Assembly: GCF_006345805.1 (NCBI RefSeq)
Contig: NC_043006.1
Coordinates: 9,114,001-9,178,000 of the forward strand
From: Octopus sinensis
Taxonomy: Eukaryota
Reading direction: 5' to 3'
DNA: 64,000 nucleotides
The translations under genes and the position numbers were made by a program. The notes under the pieces were generated by a model. That model saw nothing but the letters and a program-made list of their open reading frames with translations. It had not been told where the DNA came from and made no database searches. Positions 54,598-64,000 of the stretch are shown here, in pieces (position 1 is the first letter of the stretch; each line of letters starts with the position of its first letter).

Positions 54598-55923
54598 GAG
54601 AAACGAACTGAAATCGTGTTTATATCGAGCATCCCCATGAGCGAAATACTTGCAAAAGAACTTCGTTAGCAAAGGCATGAAATGTGATGGTTAGGAACAT
54701 AGAGATCCATTTAATTAATTCGTAGGAATATTCGTTTGAAGTATAAGAAGGAAGGCTGGAAGAAATATTTGGTACCATATTGCTGTTCAATTATGTAATG
54801 CTAGTCACTTCGTAACATTTGTCATTCCTCCAAGGCTTTTAATGTTGATATTTCTTTCATAACAATCTGCCATGTCATTCTGTCATATCTTTATAGTCGT
54901 CATCTCTCTTTCTACCATAACATTCCATTCCTATCTCTTTATCTGTCATGTATTTCTCTCTATAATGTATTCCCCTCTCATGAGTATTTGCGTTCCGTCC
55001 TTCATACATTTTTCAATGTATACATGCAAGTTCTCGAAAATGCACACAACGAAATCTAATGTTAAGAGAACGATCGTCTTTGCTATGCCAGCACCTGAGC
55101 ACATCGGTTTGAAGTGGAAGTTCTATCTTTGAGATAAACCCTAGTTTATGAAAGTAGTGTCAGCGAATCAGCAGTAATAAATAAATAAGAAACGGTATCA
55201 CGCGATAAAATCAATACTCAGGTTTATTCCATGGTTTTGCCTAAGAAGCTAATGCCAGCTTATGAGTGAAAACTGGATGTCATGCTTCTTTCAATCAATT
55301 TGCCTTCACTTATAATCACAGTGTTTGAGAGATGCAAGTACGTGAGATTTTATCTGTCATCTCTTTTCTCAATAATATAGACATTTTTTATATGATAAAG
55401 ATAAAATATCAGGAAATAATATATTATTTAGTCGTATGTAGGAAATTAATTTGGAATGTCAAACTCACAGAAATACGTTTCAGCTTATAAGAGACCGGAA
55501 ACAATAGCATGTTGATAAAGGAACTTGTTGATATCAGCGCTGTAACATGATAACGATTTCCTCCTTAGAGGCAAAACTATTAGTTTTGTCGATGAGGAAA
55601 GTAATATGATGTCATTTGATTCATCTTAATGTAAGTTTCTAAATATGAATTATTGCTTAACATTTTCAAGAATACAAAATTTTAAAATATTTTACAGAAT
55701 AATACAATAGGAAATTGCAACATTGAATCCGTTCATATAGACAGCAGTTGCCCAAAAATATTGCTTTAACGAAACAGTCAGTTACGTATCGCTATTTTTC
55801 CATTCATCGTATGAAATGCATCACGTTGCATAAATCTGATTTCTATAGAAATAGATGTACCGTAATTACTAACCAATACACGCAAAAATGTATGGTCTCT
55901 TACACATGCATGCGTACATACAT

Positions 55924-55965
<42 letters not shown>

Positions 55966-56087
55966 ACACATATATATATATAAACAAACAGACGTAAACT
56001 CACATGCATAGATATAAATATAATATGATTTCAATGGGTTTCTTATAAAAATAACTGATGTAGTTGAGGTTAACCCTTAACGTTAAG

Positions 56088-56143
56088 AGCCACTGATGTT
56101 GATTAAGATGGTCTGCATCAAAATCCGAAATCGCGATCCGGCT
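56088..56143 (+). ncRNA. Degenerate type-I hammerhead ribozyme
   Basis: AGCCA-CUGAUGU-UGAUU-AA-GAUG(GUCUG)CAUC-AA-AAUCC-GAAAU-CGCG-AUC-CGGCU. Extended stem II, palindromic CGCG loop. Confidence 0.65.
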
Positions 56144-56350
56144 ATGTACACTGGGAACTTACCTCCCTTTATCAGTCATTAAGTTCAGTGCGTTTGTGGT
56201 TTTGAGTGTTATTTTATCATTACTTTTAGCAAAAGCGGTGCTAGTCAGTACTATCTGTCACTTTCGTAACATCTATTAATTGTGCCTTTCGGTTCTAATT
56301 CTAAATAAGCCAACTTTTTAAATTGTGCCATATATATATATATATATATA

Positions 56351-56647
56351 CTAGCAGTATCGCCCGGCGTTGCTCGGGTTTGTAAGGGAAATAACTATAT
56401 AAACATTTTTAGAGAGTTATAGCCAAAAAGTAGCCAAAAAATGCATTAAAAATGGAAAAAAAATGATGGTAAATTTCTTTTCAATCGTAGACTCATCGTA
56501 GACGCGCGCTAATACCCAGAAGGGCTCGATATGAATCCCGACTATAAGATACCCGGTTTTGGTTAAACTGCACCGCAAAATGTGGGAGTAGTTAGGAATC
56601 TAAATCGTAGGAGACAGACACTCACACAACTTCACTTTTATATTTAA

Positions 56648-56650
<3 letters not shown>
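56351..56650 (-). mobile_element. Non-autonomous Helitron, 300 bp, inserted in (TA)n
   Basis: Minus A|TCTTTAAAT... 5' end, CCCGAGCAACGCCGGG hairpin, CTAG|T 3' end. Confidence 0.9.
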
Positions 56651-56680
<30 letters not shown>

Positions 56681-56923
56681 CAAGGTAAGCAACAGGATAT
56701 CAAGAGTTCAAGCAGTACAATCGTTTCAAGCAGCTGAGGATAGCCCTGCATATAATTAATTGATGTAATACTTGCATTGTTTAATTAAATGGATGCGCTT
56801 GAACCGGTCGCACTGCACCACCTCTTCATATCCTGTTGATTTTATCCAACTTACTTTGAGTTCTACGGATAATACCGTAGCAATTTTGTGCTTCAACTTA
56901 AGTACCTAATTCAACTGTATCTC

Positions 56924-57024
<101 letters not shown>

Positions 57025-57259
57025 ATATAGTAGAAATATGTTATAAAAAGAAAATATAAAATACACGTGGAAATGTAAGGGTAAAATATGAAAACTCAAC
57101 GAAAATGCACTTTGTATATAAAAAAAAGCCTTTTTATGAAAAGTAACGACAAATACATACATTTAGATGTACTGAGGTAGTAATTATTATGAGAGGATTA
57201 TAAAGTCAGAATACAAAGCATAACATGGTTTCCGCAAAGCTATTCATTGCTTCGTATAT

Positions 57260-57450
57260 ATGAAAAAAAACGACAAAAGACGAAGACAGGTGGTATACAA
57301 ACAAACAGATGTATTAGTATAGCGCTCAGGAATAGAAAAAAGTATTTTACGTTTCGAGCCTACGCTCTTCTACAGAAAGGGACGCAGAAAACAAGGAGAG
57401 AGACAAGGAAAGAAAAAAATGTGTGTCGTGTCTAACGATCTACTATGACG
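57260..57450 (-). mobile_element. PLE-like 3' end with decayed hammerhead at 57345-57378
   Basis: Minus: UUU-CUGUAGA-A-GAGC(GUAG)GCUC-GAAAC-GU-A-AAA. Same family as 21130-21318. Confidence 0.7.
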
Positions 57451-57456
57451 TCTCAA

Positions 57457-57508
<52 letters not shown>

Positions 57509-57624
57509 GTATATATATGTATATGTATGTATATACATATACATGTATGTATGTGTATACATACACACACATATGTATATGTATGTGTGCGCGTGTGTAT
57601 TCATGTGTGTGCGGGCGTGTGTAT

Positions 57625-57640
57625 AGATAGATAGATAGAT

Positions 57641-57736
<96 letters not shown>
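57625..57736. repeat. (GATA)n microsatellite
   Basis: Directly visible. Confidence 0.95.
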
Positions 57737-57738
<2 letters not shown>

Positions 57739-57940
57739 CGTTATGGATATACAGTGGGCCGACAATTAATATCGATGTGAACAAACGTTTACAATAATCT
57801 CTACTGTACTCATTGATTGTTATTATTAATATTATAGTCACACTTTCCATTACCCATGCCCAAACCAGCAATCATGCATATATAAACATACATTAAATTA
57901 ATAAAGTTAAGTGGTAAAGAAAAACATATTAAAGTAGCTA

Positions 57941-58172
57941 AAGGCGGCGAGCTGGCAGAATCTTTAGCACATCGGGTGAAATCCTTAGCGTTATTTCGTC
58001 TGCCGCTACGTTCTGAGTTCAAATTCCGCCGAGGTCGACTTTTCCTTTCATCCTTTTGGGGTCGATAAATAAAGTACCAGTTTCGCACTGGGGTCGTTGT
58101 AATCGACTTGATCCCTTTGTCTGTCCTTATTTTGTCCCCTCTATGTTTAGCCCTTGTAGGCAATAAAGAAAT
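57941..58172 (+). mobile_element. Full-length SINE family B with 15-bp TSD
   Basis: TSD ATATTAAAGTAGCTA at 57926-57940 and 58173-58187. Confidence 0.93.
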
Positions 58173-58790
58173 ATATTAAAGTAGCTATATATATTTACAT
58201 ATAAGTACATATTGTGCTAAAACATTCTAATCCTAAGAGGCTGCCCATAAAATAAGTAACAGAAATTTCTACCTGCACTTCAAAGTAGTTGGACTTGCAA
58301 TTACAACTAAATTTTAATTAAAACTAAAATTTACTGAAAGGACAACATAATTTCAGAATTAATGCTGGTGCAAGAAATAGAATATTTTTGCACAGTACAT
58401 ATATAGGTGATTAACATATATAGTTAGTACATATATAGTTAGATTAACTTCAATTACACTGAAACCTTTCAAATCCAAAATAATTTATAGAAAATTAGGT
58501 TCAGTGCAGTGGTATCTTGCAAATGGGTGGGCAAGCAGATTCTCACTTGCTGACAGTCATTTGCTTAAATATTTTTGAATTGTATGGACTCTATTTATCA
58601 ACTCATATAATCTCCACTACTGTCATTTCTATATTCCTATTAGTATTGGCACCCTTTCTGTCTCGGGAGACAATGGAGTTGCGCATGAAGTAGTCTAGTC
58701 TGGCTTTTATATTTCATGTCCTGATACATTTCCTGCTGTGCATTTACACACGCGCACGCACATGCACACACACAATGATACACATACACG

Positions 58791-58822
<32 letters not shown>

Positions 58823-59364
58823 AGGAAAAACGCCCCCCCCCCCCGTCCAATGGACAGTGCTGAGTTGTCAAACATTTAAACAACATTTTCTCAAAACAAC
58901 TTGTCCGAACGTCCCATAGGCCTCCCCTTTGAGAAACACTGATTTAACCTAAATTTGAGACACCAGCAAAAGAAGAAAGAGATAGACTTTTTCTATTCCA
59001 AAGAAAAACGATATTATTCACAAATATGTAACCGAAGAGCTTAAAGTACCAGTAATGATAAGGCTGTTGACTGGGAGAACACAAACATGGTTTAAACAGT
59101 AAGCTTGGCAGGAGAGAAACATACCTTTAAGCAGTACAAAAACAACAAAACATGGAAGGAGAAGTTATGTACAGGTTGACGGAAGAAAAGCAGAACAAAA
59201 ACGGCTTTATCGATCGCATTCTCACCTGGAATCGATTTTTGCCATTTTTCCAAGTCCTATACACGCCCTGATACCGTCGGTAGCTACATGACAAATTTGA
59301 GCACAATCGGATGGAGGATGCCGAGATCCTAGAAGACACGCACACACAGATAGAGAGAACGTAT

Positions 59365-59415
<51 letters not shown>

Positions 59416-60669
59416 CATGTCAGTTATAATATAAATTTAACTATCGAGTGAAAAAAAATCTAATATTTTCATTACCACTACGTACATCGTATTTTTCTCT
59501 CCGTGATTCTGCAGAACTGTATTTCATTATGAGATATATTCTAATTTATTCCTAGTTTACCATGATCATATAATCGACATTTTCTGCACTTTGTCACTGA
59601 TCTTTCGAAGCATAAAATGCATCTGAGTGCATGCGCATCTGTATTAGGAAATAACATTTATATTTCAAACAAGTAAGTATGCTCAATGCAGATAATAAAG
59701 TGAAGTGACTATTGAATTTAGATTTTCATATACAGAAGCCATCAACCATTATAATCACACTAGTAATTAATAATGCAAATTAATATCGATTCTTAGTGTT
59801 GAGTTATTTCCCTTGGGTTTCTTCAAACTCATCTTGACCATACAGACTAATTGAAAATAATAGGTTTAGGAGTGCGAATGTGTATTTAATTTCTGTAGGG
59901 CAAATTTTTGGAATAGATTTATGAACCATCAATGATGGCGGGATTTGAGTCTATAAATTGTCAGGACTTTCAAGTTGAGCAGTATCTAATAAATCTTTTC
60001 TAAATGACTCTAAGACTATATCATTATCTATATAATTTATTTCTTCATGATATGCAACCCTATAACTCTTCACCTTCGTCTCAGTTTTACAAATCTGACC
60101 TAAGCATACGCTGATATTTATGCAGTCAAATCATACTTTTCATACACTATGCCCTCGTGGACACTTCATTATTTGACAATAAATATAATCCCGAGTTATT
60201 ATCGTATATCTGTTTGACTTACATCCACACTGATCTAAGAAAATATAATAAGTCCAACATCATCGAAACTTTTTAGCATAATTAACACAAATAATGTATA
60301 CTTACAATCTATATTTCTACTTCTCAAATTATTCCACTTACAAAATAATTTATCACGTAAAGCGATGCAGGAAACTGAACGGAATTGTATTGAATTATTT
60401 CCCTCAATTTGTTTGGTATTTGACTTATGGAGGTATTTGACTTATGGCACGTCACCATAATTCTTTGTTGCAAGACCATAAATGGTTGTTCCGTTAGAAA
60501 TAAATGGCCTGACGAATTGAAGAGGAAATTGAAAAAGACGGTTCCTCAATTATATCGAACGACTTACATCTATGTAAAAAGACTGAATTCTGCTTTCAAG
60601 TTAGTGAAAATGTTCCTATATTTAAATCTAACCGAAAAGTTCTGTTTGCAGCAATTGAAATCGGAAATG

Positions 60670-62400
60670 AAGAGTTGGACAGACTAGAAAAGATTAGAAT
60701 CATCAAAAATATGGACTACACCTATTGGGCGGCGCCCACGGTGTGCATTAAAAAGAAAAATAATAAGATTAAGCTTTGTGCCGAATTCTTTACAGGATTT
60801 GACGACTGCTTAAAGACATGCCAACACCTACTCGCGACTCCAGAAGATATTTTCGCAAAATTAAATGGTAGAACAATTTTCTCTAAATTGGATCTCTTTG
60901 GAGCTAATTTACAGATTAACGTAAATGGCAAATGGTCAAAGTATTTGACAATAACTACACATTGAGGAATGTACAGATATAGCCGGATACCTCTTGGATT
61001 AAAGGCTGCACCGGCAATATTTGGAAGGCAGATGCAATAAAGAATATGCCTGCTCCGACAAATATACCGACATTACAAGCGTTACTTGGGCTAGTACACT
61101 ACTACCAAAACTTCATTCCTAACGAAAAACAAATTGAGAGTTCCAATGAATTACTTATTAAAAAGTGAAATAAAGTGGAATTGGTCGGTTGACTATCTAA
61201 ACACGTTTGAAGAAATTTAAAAAAAAGAACTCTAATCACAGGGTTGTTTCTAGCGCATTTCGATCCTGAAATGGACATTGTTGTAGCATTTGATGATTCG
61301 GAGAAGGGAATAGGGGCTGTCTTGCTTCACAACTATAAAGTTAGAAGTACGAAACCAGTGATTCCTGTTTCGCACGCTCTGATAGCCACAGAGGAAAAAT
61401 ATAGTTACTTAGAAAAAGAAGCGCTATCCACGCCGTAAAATAATTATCCACACTGTAAAAAAATTAACAGGTTCCTACATGGTAGAAGTTTTCTGTTACA
61501 AACACACCATCGATCATTGCTATAAATTTATGGGTCAAAGAAAGGGTTACCTACCCATACAACAAACCGACAACGACGTTGGGGTATAACAATACTAAAT
61601 TACAATTTCAAAATGCAGTATATTTCATCGAAAAAATTGGTCATGCTGACTGTCCCTCGAGACAAATATCCATAAATACGGAATCACTTTTAGATATCGT
61701 GAAAGCCGCACTCTAAGCAGAAAATGAAATTCAATCTATTATGAATAATGTCACACAAGAATTGCCAGTGACTACACAGGATATAACAATGAAATCAGTA
61801 GGCGATGAGTATATTACAAAAATGAGTGAAGCTTTAAAAAAATATATGAAATAAGATACAATTTCGAGTAGTTTCTCAATATGCGACGATATTCTAATTT
61901 ACACGCAAAGAGTTGTAGTACCGAGAACGTGGTTTGCAGCAATTCCACAGTAGACAGTCGGGAATGTCGAGGATGAAAGCTCTGATGAGGAGCTACGTCT
62001 GTTGGGCGACTATGGACAGGGATATCAAATATCCGAATAGAACTTGTCGAGGTTGCGCGCTCGTGGCCAATGCCCTACAGGTAAAATGTCATCGTTGCCG
62101 GAGACTGAGAACGCATGGTCTTGGTTACATATCGACTATGCCAGACCAGAGAACAGTGTATATTGTCTAATCGTGGTAGACAACTGTAAAAAGTGGCCAG
62201 AGGTATGGTGGTGCAATAAACCAAATGCTAAGACATAACTGTTTGGGCGATACGGTGTTCCAGACAGATTATTCTCTCATAATGGAACGCAATTCTCGTG
62301 GTATGAATTCCAGAACTTTTTTGTAAAATGCATGCGATAAAACATATTTTAACTCCACCCTACCAAATTGGTCGGAAGAGAATCGAGATGTCAGTACAAG
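60670..62400 (+). mobile_element. Ty3/Gypsy pol relic (RT, RNase H, integrase), heavily decayed; RT catalytic region deleted
   Basis: WAAPTVCIKK..KIKLCAEF, PEDIFAKLNG..IFSKLDL, FLAHFDP...DDSEKGIGAVLLH, YSYLEKEALS, HSRQSGMSRMKALMRSYVCW, WSWLHIDYA..LIVVD..KWPEV, SHNGTQF, TPPY. Confidence 0.9.
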
Positions 62401-62780
62401 CCCCATCCAGCGATTTGGGAAACATATCTGACAGAATGTTTATTCACGAGACAGTACTAAGTGTTAATGTTGAAGGGGGGAAGCTTCGGTGCTTTAAGTG
62501 TGGCGAAAATAGCATTTAAGGGCCGAGTGCTTGCCTCCCGACGAGGAAAATCAAGAAAAAAAACAAAAACAAAAAAAAAACGCTGAAGCTAAAAAGAAAA
62601 GAGAAGGAAAGAAGAAAAAGAACTAGGAGGGATCTCCACCCCAAAAGAGAAAAATACTCCACACACCTGCACACATAATACACACGCACCAACACACACA
62701 TGCACACACACGAACAAACAAACACGCACACACATACATATTCACACACATGTCCACATACACACACGCACATGCATATA

Positions 62781-62990
62781 CACATATTAGAGTGGAGCGT
62801 TTTTTTTCGAGATTTTCGAATTCGTGACGACGAAGTTAGTGTGGAAAAGTTGCGAATAGACATAAAAATAACTAGTTCCTGCGCACATACATACACGTAC
62901 ATATTATAGTGGAGCGGTTTTTTTTATCATTTTCGATTGTGTGATGGGGTAGTGCGGGAGGATGCGAACACACATCAAAATAACTGGTGC
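62781..62990 (+). repeat. Diverged ~105-bp tandem duplication
   Basis: ACATATTA(G/T)AGTGGAGCG...TTTTCGA...GCGAA...AAAATAACT occurs twice (62781-62884, 62898-62990). Confidence 0.6.
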
Positions 62991-63599
62991 AAAATCTTAG
63001 AAATCTGCAACATTATCGTCTGTCTCCACAAATGCATCGGTAAATGGAAAAAAAAGTGGGAAATAAAAAACAAAAAAATGGTTCTATTTATTTGTTTGCA
63101 ATAAAATACATTTTTTTCATTGCATCTTCTTGAGGTAGTTTTTAATGCCTCATGATAATACTTTAAAATACGACTTAAACATGTTTTTCCATGTGACTTC
63201 ATCTTCTTCCTCCACAAGGAAGGACGTGGGTGTACTGTAATTTACATCTACATTAAACATTTTCTGAATTCGGTAAATTACAATATATGCGATGATTTTT
63301 CGTATTTGTGGAGGCAGAAGATGGAGTGACAAAAAAGAGCATGTTGAAGTCGTATTTTAGGATAATTTCATCACAGTCATTTAAAATCTACCCGAAAAAG
63401 ATGCAATAAACATAGTATGTTGTAGCTAACAAGTAAGCAGAAGATTTGTATCCACTTTTCCCATTTTTCGAATCATTTGTAGAGACAGAAGGTAATGTTA
63501 CAGAGTCTTAAAATCTTGTACCAGTTATTGTGATGTCCATTCACAAACTGTTTGCACTACTATATTAGTGTGGAGCGAAAAAACAATCCACACTAGTAC

Positions 63600-63684
<85 letters not shown>

Positions 63685-64000
63685 CATATATATATCACTT
63701 ACATATACTGCAGTCTATTGAATATGGTATTAAAGTGTTAAAGAACAAGCATATAATTTTCGTTTAATTTAAATTAACTGTATTCACCTGGGAAATTTGA
63801 CTGGTGATTGTTAGTGCTGACATATGCAGTTGCCAACTGTACTAATTTAATTGAAGATATTATAAAATACGCGTTATTCTATGTTCATTGAGTTGTCCGA
63901 GTTCCCTGCTTATGTGTTTGATAAATAACATATTGAACTGGAATACGCATTAAGTACTATAATAAAAAATATACACCATGGAGATTGCAAGCCACACATT

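Overview
AT-rich, microsatellite-saturated animal genomic DNA. The repeat families look like those of octopus/coleoid cephalopods (inference from recalled SINE, Helitron and maT families, not verified). No host protein-coding gene can be supported, and nearly all ORF-track entries are (TA)n/(TG)n/(CAT)n artefacts. The window is a graveyard of mobile elements: at least four tRNA-derived SINE families, three non-autonomous Helitrons, three mariner/maT relics, a MITE, two Ty3/Gypsy pol relics, an R4/Dong-clade LINE split into two oppositely oriented halves, and many Penelope-like element (PLE) ends. The most striking signal is about 12 minimal type-I hammerhead ribozyme (HHR) motifs in those PLE ends. 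Some show compensatory changes at the 3:8 core pair (U3-A8, A3-U8). Two sit in near-perfect head-to-head palindromes (about 320 and 220 bp), and in one of these the inverted arm ends exactly at the predicted self-cleavage site. All folds and translations were done by eye, so coordinates may be off by a few bases.
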